Position numbers and translations under genes: made by a program. From NCBI GenBank assembly GCA_964456225.1, contig CAYWAV010000006.1:5030-54710 (forward strand): a DNA stretch of 49,681 bases, written 5' to 3'. The stretch comes from an uncultured Chitinophaga sp. (GTDB lineage Bacteria; Bacteroidota; Bacteroidia; 2-12-FULL-35-15). Below the pieces are notes generated by a model. The model ran no database searches and had not been told where the DNA came from. It saw only the letters and a program-made list of their open reading frames with translations. Shown here piece after piece: positions 37,276 to 44,549 of the stretch (its first letter is position 1; every line of letters begins with the position of its first letter).

Positions 37276-37809
37276 TTATTCTTTAGTTTTAAATCCAATC
37301 GTGTTTCTCTTTGTTTTTTCGGTGGTCTTCTTTTCGACCACCAACAATTCGGGTTGTGTGAGCAAAAAGTTTATTACTTCATTTATATTTTCGATTTTTG
37401 TATTAAATTTTGCTTCCAACTCAATAATTCGTTCATTCAAGAGTTCAAAATTATTATTGTATTGTTTTAACAGAATAAAAGCATCTACAATTGCAATACT
37501 TGTTTTTATGGCAGTGTCACTTTTTAAAACAGCCGAAAGCATTGTTATTCCATGCTCTGTAAAAGCATAAGGCAATTTTCTCATTCCCATTTTTTCACGA
37601 TTGGATATCACAATTTGTGACATCCAATTTTGAAGTTCAACTTTGGTAAATTGAAACATATATCTTTCAGGGAACCTTTTGATATTTCTTTTTACCGCTT
37701 GAACCAATACTCTTGTCTCAACACCATAAAGTCCAGCCAAATGAAAGTCAAGCATCACACGATGTCCGCGCACTTCAAATATTTTCTTCTGAATGATTTG
37801 TAGTTCCAT
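37276..37809 (-). CDS. ORF6N-domain DNA-binding protein inserted in the nuo operon
   Basis: IFEVRGHRVMLDFHLA.LYGVETR.L.QAVKRN..RFP, PYAFTEHG..MLS.VLKS, C-terminal IGF. Confidence 0.93.
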   Translation of the reverse strand: MELQIIQKKIFEVRGHRVMLDFHLAGLYGVETRVLVQAVKRNIKRFPERYMFQFTKVELQNWMSQIVISNREKMGMRKLPYAFTEHGITMLSAVLKSDTAIKTSIAIVDAFILLKQYNNNFELLNERIIELEAKFNTKIENINEVINFLLTQPELLVVEKKTTEKTKRNTIGFKTKE

Positions 37810-37820
37810 TTTAACTATTT

Positions 37821-37849
37821 TTTTGATATCCCAATTGGGGATATCAAAA
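37821..37849. promoter_or_regulatory. Palindrome upstream of the ORF6N gene (putative operator)
   Basis: TTTTGATATCCC-AATTG-GGGATATCAAAA. Confidence 0.6.
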
Positions 37850-37851
37850 CT

Positions 37852-39195
37852 TTACGCTCCTTGCAATTGATTTACACTATAATAATGTTTAACGTCTTTA
37901 ATTTTTTCCGGATGATTGATATATTCTTCGAACTCCGCACGGAAGTGGCGAATAGCGCTTGCCACAGGCCATGCAGCTGCATCACCTAATGGACAAATTG
38001 TATTCCCTTCAATTTTTCTTTGAATGTCCCAAAGCAAATCTATATCCGTTGGTTTTCCGTGACCTTCAATAATTCTGTGAAGAATTTTTTCCATCCAACC
38101 AGTTCCTTCACGACAAGGAGAACATTGTCCGCAACTTTCGTGATGATAAAAACGAGCAAAGGTGTAAAGGTTTTTTACGATACTGGTTGTTTCATCATAT
38201 ACAATGAATCCACCAGAACCAAGCATAGAGCCTGATACAAAACCTCCCTCACTTAATGATTCGTATGACATCAAACGAGGTTCACCTTTATCTGTTTTTA
38301 AGATTAAATCGGCTGGTAAAATGGGAACAGAAGAACCTCCTGCAACAACTGCTTTTAGTTTATTCCCGTTGATAATTCCACCGCAATATTCATCTGAATA
38401 AATAAATTCTTCAACCGGTAATCCCAATTCAATTTCGTAAACACCCGGTTTATTAATATGTCCGGATGCAGAAATTAATTTTGTTCCTGTGCTTCTTCCG
38501 ATTCCAATTTTTGCATACTCGTCTCCACCCATCATGATGATCGGACAAACAGCAGCAATTGTTTCAACGTTATTTACAACAGTGGGACAACCCCACACAC
38601 CAGCGATTGCCGGGAATGGTGGTTTGATACGCGGGTTTCCGCGTTTTCCTTCTAGTGATTCTAACAATGCTGTTTCTTCACCGCAGATGTATGCCCCTCC
38701 ACCAACTTGCACGTAGCAATCGTGAGAAAAATCTGATCCTAAAATATTTTTTCCTAATAATCCTGCAGCGTATGCTTCATCAAGCGCTTTCTCTAAAATC
38801 CTTGCAACATAAAAATATTCTCCGCGGATATAGATGTAAGACGTTTTTGCGCCTAATGCATAAGATGATGTAATCATTCCTTCGATCAATAAATGAGGAA
38901 TAACTTCCATTAAGTAACGGTCTTTAAATGTTCCCGGCTCCGATTCATCAGCATTACAAACCAAGTAGCGCTCAACACCTTCGGGTCGTGCAAGGAAACT
39001 CCATTTCATTCCTGTTGGGAAACCTGCACCACCACGACCTCTCAGTCCTGATTTTTTTACCTCTTCTAACACTTCAGGAGGAGTCATTGTTTTCAATGCT
39101 TTTTCTACTGATGCATACCCGCCATGTTGGCGATACACGTCAAGTGTTGCGATTCCTGGAACTTTATCGTTATGTATTAATAATTTTTTTCCCAT
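37852..39195 (-). CDS. nuoF: NADH-quinone oxidoreductase subunit F
   Basis: GLRGRGGAGF, NADESEPG, GAYICGEETAL, CGQCSPC; ATG 39195 (upstream MGVRS lies in a hairpin). Confidence 0.98.
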   Translation of the reverse strand: MGKKLLIHNDKVPGIATLDVYRQHGGYASVEKALKTMTPPEVLEEVKKSGLRGRGGAGFPTGMKWSFLARPEGVERYLVCNADESEPGTFKDRYLMEVIPHLLIEGMITSSYALGAKTSYIYIRGEYFYVARILEKALDEAYAAGLLGKNILGSDFSHDCYVQVGGGAYICGEETALLESLEGKRGNPRIKPPFPAIAGVWGCPTVVNNVETIAAVCPIIMMGGDEYAKIGIGRSTGTKLISASGHINKPGVYEIELGLPVEEFIYSDEYCGGIINGNKLKAVVAGGSSVPILPADLILKTDKGEPRLMSYESLSEGGFVSGSMLGSGGFIVYDETTSIVKNLYTFARFYHHESCGQCSPCREGTGWMEKILHRIIEGHGKPTDIDLLWDIQRKIEGNTICPLGDAAAWPVASAIRHFRAEFEEYINHPEKIKDVKHYYSVNQLQGA

Positions 39196-39332
39196 AGACC
39201 TCACCCCCATCCCCTCTCCTTCGGAGAGGGGGGAGGATTTCGTTTTAGTTTATGTTTTTTGTTTTAATCAAAATATTTTTACAACCTCACCCCAGCCCTC
39301 TCCTTGAACAAGGAGAGGGGGATGATTTCGTT
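39196..39332. repeat. Two tandem CCCTCTCC/GGAGAGGG hairpins
   Basis: ACCTCACCCC(C)A.CCC(C)TCTCC-loop-GGAGAGGGGG..GATTTCGTTTTA x2. Confidence 0.88.
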
Positions 39333-39872
39333 TTATAATGTGTTTTTATAGTCTAAATCCGTGTAACTTCTTTGTTTTCCAGCAGCACGATATTCTTCTA
39401 ATAAATTATCTACTTTTTCGAAAGTTAAATTTTCGTGGTATGATGCTCCGCATTGCAATAGTGGTGCTGTTCCGCAACTTCCTAAACATTCAACCGTTTT
39501 GATAGTAAACATTCCGTCCTTTGTTGTTTCCCCTTCTTTTATTCCTAATTTTTTCTCCAAGTGTTTTACGATGTCTTCCGCTCCACGTGTCCAGCAAGAA
39601 GAGGTGCGACACACTTCCAACAAACATTTTCCAACTGGTTTTAAATTATACATCGAATAAAAAGATGCTACTTCATACACTTCAATTGGTTTAATATTTA
39701 AGATGGCAGCAACGTAATCCATTGTTTCCGGGCTTAACCATCCGCCAAATTCTGCCTGAGCAATGTGCAAAATCGGAAGTAATGCCGACTTGTGTTTGCC
39801 TTCAGGATAACGCTTAATCATCTTGTGAACAAGAGCAAGTGTTTCTTCGTTAAATTTTATTTCTTGTGCCAT
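39333..39872 (-). CDS. nuoE: NADH-quinone oxidoreductase subunit E
   Basis: VASFYSMY, VCRTSSC, ECLGSCGTAP. Confidence 0.97.
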   Translation of the reverse strand: MAQEIKFNEETLALVHKMIKRYPEGKHKSALLPILHIAQAEFGGWLSPETMDYVAAILNIKPIEVYEVASFYSMYNLKPVGKCLLEVCRTSSCWTRGAEDIVKHLEKKLGIKEGETTKDGMFTIKTVECLGSCGTAPLLQCGASYHENLTFEKVDNLLEEYRAAGKQRSYTDLDYKNTL

Positions 39873-39873
39873 C

Positions 39874-39925
39874 TTACAACCTCACCCCCAGCCCCTCTCC
39901 GAAGGAGAGGGGAGAGGCTTCGATT
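39874..39925. repeat. CCCTCTCC/GGAGAGGG hairpin
   Basis: TTACAACCTCACCCCCAGCCCCTCTCC-GAA-GGAGAGGGG; preceded on the minus strand by miniORF MKQVN. Confidence 0.88.
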
Positions 39926-39966
39926 TTATATTTTTAGTTTACTTGTTTCATTTTCTTGCCAAAACC

Positions 39967-41238
39967 CTATGCATCTAGTTCTCCTGCAATTACATTCATG
40001 CTGCTCATTGTTAAAATTGCATCTGATAAGAATCCGCCTTTAATCATTTCCGCGTATGCTTGATAATAAATAAAACACGGTCTGCGCATGTGCAAACGGT
40101 ATGGTGTTCTTCCGCCATCGCTAATTAAGTAATAGCCAACTTCTCCGTTACCGCCTTCAACTGCATGGTATACTTCGCCTTTCGGAATTTCTGTTTCGCC
40201 CATCACAATTTTAAAGTGATAGATTAAAGCTTCCATGTTGTTATAAACTTCTTCTTTTGGAGGAAGGAAAAATTCAGGAACATCGGCATGAAAAATTCCT
40301 TCTGGCTCTTTTTTAATTTTTGCAATTGCCTGGTGAATAATTTTTACGCTCTCCCACATTTCTTGTTGACGCACCATAAAACGATCGTAAGTATCACCTT
40401 GTGTTCCCACAGGAATAATAAAATCGAATTCTTCGTATGAGCAATATGGATTCATTACACGCACATCGTAATCAACACCTGCTGCACGCAAATTCGGACC
40501 AGAGAAACTATAGTTCAACGCACGCTCTGCTGATATTGGTCCGCAGTTAATGGTACGATCCATAAAAATTCTATTTCTCATTAAAAGATTTTCAAATTCT
40601 TTTAATGCAGGAGGGAAATCAATTAAAAATTTATCTAACAAGTCCCAAGCTTTAGGAGTAAAGTCTCTTTCCAATCCACCAATGCGACCAATATTCGTAG
40701 TTAAGCGAGCTCCACACAATTCTTCATAAATATCATAAATACGTTCACGCATTTGGAAGATATATAAGAAACCTGTCATTGCACCTGTATCCACACCAAT
40801 AACACTATTACAAATTACGTGATCGGAAATACGCGCCAATTCCATAATGATTACACGCATGTATTGAACGCGTTTCGGAATTTCTACTCCTAATAATTTT
40901 TCAACGGTCATGTGCCATCCCATATTGTTAATTGGCGATGAACAATAATTTAAACGATCGGTGATTGGAGTAATTTGATAATATGGTCTGCGTTCTGCTA
41001 ATTTTTCGAATGCACGGTGAATATATCCAACAGTGGATTCAGAATCCATAATTATTTCGCCATCCATTTTTAACACGTTCTGAAAGATACCGTGTGTAGC
41101 GGGATGTGTAGGACCAAGGTTAAGAGTAGAGTATTCAGCCTCTCCCTGGCCCTCTCCCAAGGAGAGAGAGTGGTTACTCGTTTTTACTTTTTCAATTTTA
41201 TTTTTTGTACTCATTTTATAAGTCTTCTTTTTACGCAC
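39967..41238 (-). CDS. nuoD: NADH-quinone oxidoreductase subunit D, with repeat-derived N-terminus
   Basis: LNLGPTHPATHG, GYIHRAFEK, RLNY; start is GTG 41238 or ATG 41214. Confidence 0.97.
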   Translation of the reverse strand: MRKKKTYKMSTKNKIEKVKTSNHSLSLGEGQGEAEYSTLNLGPTHPATHGIFQNVLKMDGEIIMDSESTVGYIHRAFEKLAERRPYYQITPITDRLNYCSSPINNMGWHMTVEKLLGVEIPKRVQYMRVIIMELARISDHVICNSVIGVDTGAMTGFLYIFQMRERIYDIYEELCGARLTTNIGRIGGLERDFTPKAWDLLDKFLIDFPPALKEFENLLMRNRIFMDRTINCGPISAERALNYSFSGPNLRAAGVDYDVRVMNPYCSYEEFDFIIPVGTQGDTYDRFMVRQQEMWESVKIIHQAIAKIKKEPEGIFHADVPEFFLPPKEEVYNNMEALIYHFKIVMGETEIPKGEVYHAVEGGNGEVGYYLISDGGRTPYRLHMRRPCFIYYQAYAEMIKGGFLSDAILTMSSMNVIAGELDA

Positions 41239-41276
41239 AGCCTCCTTCCCTTTGGGAAGGTCGGGATGGGCTTTTA
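41137..41276 (-). repeat. Hairpin doublet whose second hairpin lies in frame within nuoD
   Basis: CCTTCCC-TTT-GGGAAGG at 41244-41260; CCCTCTCC-CAA-GGAGAGAG at 41150-41168 encodes part of SLSLGEGQGEA. Confidence 0.85.
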
Positions 41277-41777
41277 TCGGCCAAACATTTTATCATCTTT
41301 ATCTTCACGCGTTCCATCTTCCAATGCGTATTCTTTTCTCATTGGGTGATACGTCATTTCATCCATATTCAAAATGCGTTTTAAGTTTGGGTGGCCTCTG
41401 AAAATAATTCCGAAGAAATCAAACTCTTGTCGCTCCATCCAATTAGCAGCAGAAAACACAGATGTGATAGAAGGAACATTGACATCGCTGCTGCTAAAAA
41501 ATATTTTTATTCTGATTCTTAAATTTTTTGAAAGGTTATGCAGTTGATACATCACAGCAAATTCTTGTCCTGCATTTTCGGGATAATGAATGGTTGCCAT
41601 CGTAGTTAAATATTGAAAAGCAAGTTCTTCATCTTTGTAAAGAAAATCGACTACCTCACAAATCAAATCTCTTTTTACAACAAATTCAGGATAATCCACA
41701 TTCATTGTGGAAGAGATAAATCCGTCTCCGAATTGTGCTTTTAATTTGCTTTCAACTGCTGTTAATAATGCTTCCAT
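41274..41777 (-). CDS. nuoC: NADH-quinone oxidoreductase subunit C
   Basis: AANWMERQEFDFFGI.F.GHPNLKRIL, HPMRKEY; ATG 41777. Confidence 0.96.
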   Translation of the reverse strand: MEALLTAVESKLKAQFGDGFISSTMNVDYPEFVVKRDLICEVVDFLYKDEELAFQYLTTMATIHYPENAGQEFAVMYQLHNLSKNLRIRIKIFFSSSDVNVPSITSVFSAANWMERQEFDFFGIIFRGHPNLKRILNMDEMTYHPMRKEYALEDGTREDKDDKMFGR

Positions 41778-41914
41778 AGACCTCACCCCTAGCCCCTCTC
41801 CGAAGGAGAGGGGGAGGATTTCGTTTTAGTTATATGCTTTTTTTTCTAATCTCAATTTGTAATTCTTTTTTTCTACCATCTGCTCCTTCCCTTTGGGAAG
41901 GGCGGGATGGGCTT
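41778..41914 (-). repeat. Inverted hairpin doublet enclosing miniORF MVEKKNYKLRLEKKAYN (41879-41826)
   Basis: 41883-41917 nearly identical to 41242-41276; 41774-41831 nearly identical to 39192-39250. Confidence 0.88.
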
Positions 41915-42475
41915 TTATTCCATTCCGTAACTATTCAACAATGCTTTGTATTCAGGAGAATCTCTTCTTCTGATTGATTCTGATTCCACTAGTTTTTGAA
42001 TCTGTAAAATACCGTCCAATACTTGCTCAGGACGTGGAGGACAACCAGGAATGTAAACATCTACTGGAATAACCCTGTCGATTCCTTGAAGAACACTGTA
42101 TGTATCAAAAATTCCACCGCTAGAAGCACAGGCGCCCATTGATAAAACCCATTTAGGTTCTGCCATTTGTTCGTAGACTTGTTTTAATACCGGAGCCATT
42201 TTTTTAGAGATAGTTCCCATTACCATTAATAAATCAGCTTGACGAGGAGAGAAGCTTAAACGCTCCGCTCCGAAACGACCTAAATCGTAAGTAGATGCCA
42301 TGGTTGCCATAAACTCGATTCCACAACAAGATGTTGCAAAAGGCAAAGGCCACAATGAATTTGCGCGAGCCATCCCAACTACCTTATCAATGCGTGTAGC
42401 AAAAAAACCTGGCCCTTCAATTCCGGCAGGAGCATCTGCATCTAAATTTACCTTTGATTTTTCTTTTGTACTCAT
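41915..42475 (-). CDS. nuoB: NADH-quinone oxidoreductase subunit B
   Basis: SCCGIE, SPRQAD, GACASSGG, PGCPPRPE. Confidence 0.98.
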   Translation of the reverse strand: MSTKEKSKVNLDADAPAGIEGPGFFATRIDKVVGMARANSLWPLPFATSCCGIEFMATMASTYDLGRFGAERLSFSPRQADLLMVMGTISKKMAPVLKQVYEQMAEPKWVLSMGACASSGGIFDTYSVLQGIDRVIPVDVYIPGCPPRPEQVLDGILQIQKLVESESIRRRDSPEYKALLNSYGME

Positions 42476-42509
42476 TATATTTTTTTTAAAGTGGTATTAC
42501 CACAAAAAA

Positions 42510-42914
42510 TTAATTTAAAATTAAAGTAATTACCATTTCTGGAACTTCCTTTGCTGATTTCCCACTTTGAACCAGTTGCACTCCACTTATCAACAATTTA
42601 TCTCCTAATTTTTTATCTGTATGCAATTGTTCTATCGCTGTCATTGCGCCCTTTCCAAACTGATTAGTTTTTGAAGGATATTCATCAAACAAAAAATCTT
42701 TTTTCACAACTCTCTTAACTGTAAGAACAAATGAACTAACAGAAGTATTTTTATCTAGAGGTGTTAATTCTTTTTTACAAGCATAAAACTCTTCCCATGT
42801 CATGGTGCAATCGCCTGTTTTTCCACCAAATGAAAAAGCTGGTTTCGCACCTTGTACAAAAGACAAGGATGTTGCAACTAAAACAATGAACGCTATTCTA
42901 ATTATAATTCTCAT
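42510..42914 (-). CDS. Exported protein resembling a stand-alone GldM/PorM C-terminal domain, inserted in the nuo operon
   Basis: Signal peptide from ATG 42914; FGGKTG...VSSFVLTV...NQF...IEQL...GDKLLISGVQ...MVITL. Confidence 0.65.
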   Translation of the reverse strand: MRIIIRIAFIVLVATSLSFVQGAKPAFSFGGKTGDCTMTWEEFYACKKELTPLDKNTSVSSFVLTVKRVVKKDFLFDEYPSKTNQFGKGAMTAIEQLHTDKKLGDKLLISGVQLVQSGKSAKEVPEMVITLILN

Positions 42915-42917
42915 ATC

Positions 42918-42950
42918 AATCCCCCTAACCCCCTTTTCAAAGGGGGAATT
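42918..42950. repeat. C/G-rich hairpin repeat
   Basis: Near-identical to 31043-31076. Confidence 0.85.
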
Positions 42951-42952
42951 AA

Positions 42953-43330
42953 TTACTCCCACTTTAATGCTCCCTTTTTCAAGATGTAATAAAACCCAAC
43001 CAATAAAAAGCCCACAAACGTTAACATCTCCACAAATCCAACCAATCCTAATTCTTTAAAATTTACTGCCCATGGATACATGAAGATCACCTCCACATCA
43101 AACAATACAAACAAAATTGCGACTAGAAAATATTTGATGGAAAAAGGTAAACGTGCATTCCCCTGAACTTCTATTCCACACTCAAATGTTTCAGATTTAA
43201 TTTTTGATTTCTTTTTTGGTCCAAGCTGATGCGTAAGAAAAAGCATAAATAAAACGAAGCCGAGAGCAACAATAAACATTAGTGCGATAGGAACAAAATC
43301 AGCGGGAGTACTTTGGACTGCTAACAACAT
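42953..43330 (-). CDS. nuoA: NADH-quinone oxidoreductase subunit A
   Basis: FECG, YFLVAILFVLFDVE, KGALKWE. Confidence 0.97.
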   Translation of the reverse strand: MLLAVQSTPADFVPIALMFIVALGFVLFMLFLTHQLGPKKKSKIKSETFECGIEVQGNARLPFSIKYFLVAILFVLFDVEVIFMYPWAVNFKELGLVGFVEMLTFVGFLLVGFYYILKKGALKWE

Positions 43331-43516
43331 AGAATCAAGTTTTTCTTTTCGACCTCAATTTTAGGTATTTCTTTTGAAATAACCCAAATTTTGCTCACAA
43401 ATTTACTGTTTTAATAGAGAGCCGAATGCAGTATTTTGGTTATTTAGACCGAATCCCGTTTGTGGACGATGATTTGTGCTTAAAGACTGGTTTTCTATTG
43501 CTTTGGGTGGGCTAAA

Positions 43517-43774
43517 TCAATAATGAAACTTACAGGAAATAACAATAATAGCTTCTGGCGTAACCTGATAAACTAATCGGTGCTCTTTGTTAATTCTGCG
43601 ACTCCAACATCCTTTTAATTGGTGCTTTAATGGCTCAGGCTTGCCAATACCATTAAATGGACTCGTTTGAGTGGCTTGTAAAAGGTCAATGATTTTGTTA
43701 TAGATTTTTTTGTCCGCTTTTTCCCAACCGTTAAATTGAACTTGTGCGGTAGTCGTAAATAAAAACTTCCTCAT
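43517..43774 (-). CDS. yoeB: Txe/YoeB family toxin
   Basis: PFNGIGKPEPLKH, WSRRINKEHRLVY, C-terminal FHY. Confidence 0.95.
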   Translation of the reverse strand: MRKFLFTTTAQVQFNGWEKADKKIYNKIIDLLQATQTSPFNGIGKPEPLKHQLKGCWSRRINKEHRLVYQVTPEAIIVISCKFHY

Positions 43775-44004
43775 TTCAACTTCGCAAGCTTTATTTCTTT
43801 TACGTTTCCTACTTTGGCTTCTGCCATTGACTTTTCTAGAGATTTAATATTTGCTTCAGTACTTAAAAGATACGATGTTTCGTCTTCGTCACCAGCTGGG
43901 TGAATAAGAATTTCAAGCTCTTTGTCATTTTTAAAAAGCTTTTTAATTGTTTTTAAAAAATCTGCGTTGAGTTCCGATACTTTTATGCGAAATACTGTTT
44001 CCAT
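43771..44004 (-). CDS. Antitoxin with YefM/Axe-like C-terminus
   Basis: ETSYLLSTEAN...LEKSM; ATGA overlap with the toxin; TATCTTTG promoter box at 44027-44034. Confidence 0.85.
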   Translation of the reverse strand: METVFRIKVSELNADFLKTIKKLFKNDKELEILIHPAGDEDETSYLLSTEANIKSLEKSMAEAKVGNVKEIKLAKLK

Positions 44005-44040
44005 TAATGGGTTTGTTTGAATAATACAAAGATATAAATA

Positions 44041-44077
44041 AAAAACCGCTCTTGAAATTTATCAAGAGCGGTTTTTT
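44041..44077. terminator. Intrinsic terminator
   Basis: AAAAACCGCTCTTGA-AATTTA-TCAAGAGCGGTTTTTT. Confidence 0.88.
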
Positions 44078-44093
44078 AGATTGTGGAGTTAGG

Positions 44094-44500
44094 TCAGTAA
44101 GTAGGCACAAGTTGCAATCCACTGGGCAAAACAGAAATTACCGGTTGCGCTCCCTCACTTGTGAAATAAGAATAGTATGTATACTTCATAATGTTGGAGT
44201 TTAACCTAATAGAAAGTTTATTGAAACATATTTCGGCCATCATGCTAATCCCTCTATATGGAAGCCTATTAAATGTATAGTCGTAACCAACTCCATATGC
44301 AAAACCTATTTTTTTACTTGCATCATCACTCGCATTTTTACCATATCTTATAGTAATATATTCAGGAAAGTCAATTATAAAGCTTCCATCTAACCCTTCT
44401 AATTTGGGTGTGAACAAATATCCAATTCCAATATTAAAAGACCCGCCAACAGACAAATCGCTATTGAATTTATAGAAAATTGGATTGAATTTCCACCTAT
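44094..44500 (-). pseudogene. 5'-truncated outer-membrane beta-barrel-like remnant
   Basis: Frame stays open upstream of TTG 44456 (RWKFNPIFYKFNSD) into the upstream terminator with no ATG or signal peptide; beta-strand patterns such as IGFAYGVGYDY. Confidence 0.55.
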
Positions 44501-44531
44501 AAAAAAGCCTCGCTAGAATCTAGCGAGGCTT
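44501..44531 (-). terminator. Intrinsic terminator of the large surface-protein gene
   Basis: AAGCCTCGCTAGA-A-TCTAGCGAGGCTT, T-run on the minus strand. Confidence 0.9.
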
Positions 44532-44549
44532 CAAAATTTATTTTATTTC

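Noticed and set aside
39192-41917. CRISPR array or integron attC sites
   Set aside because: Repeats are dispersed at gene junctions, variable, without regular spacers or GTTRRRY cores; no cas or intI gene
42915-42962. N-terminal extensions in the ORF track (also on nuoC, nuoF, dedA)
   Set aside because: They arise from open frames through the hairpin repeats; unlike nuoD, each gene has a proper ATG just after the hairpin
15063-43330. Dedicated proton-motive-force supercluster (kup, exbBD-tonB, dedA, symporter, nuo)
   Set aside because: Separate promoters and terminators; adjacency cannot be distinguished from chance without synteny data
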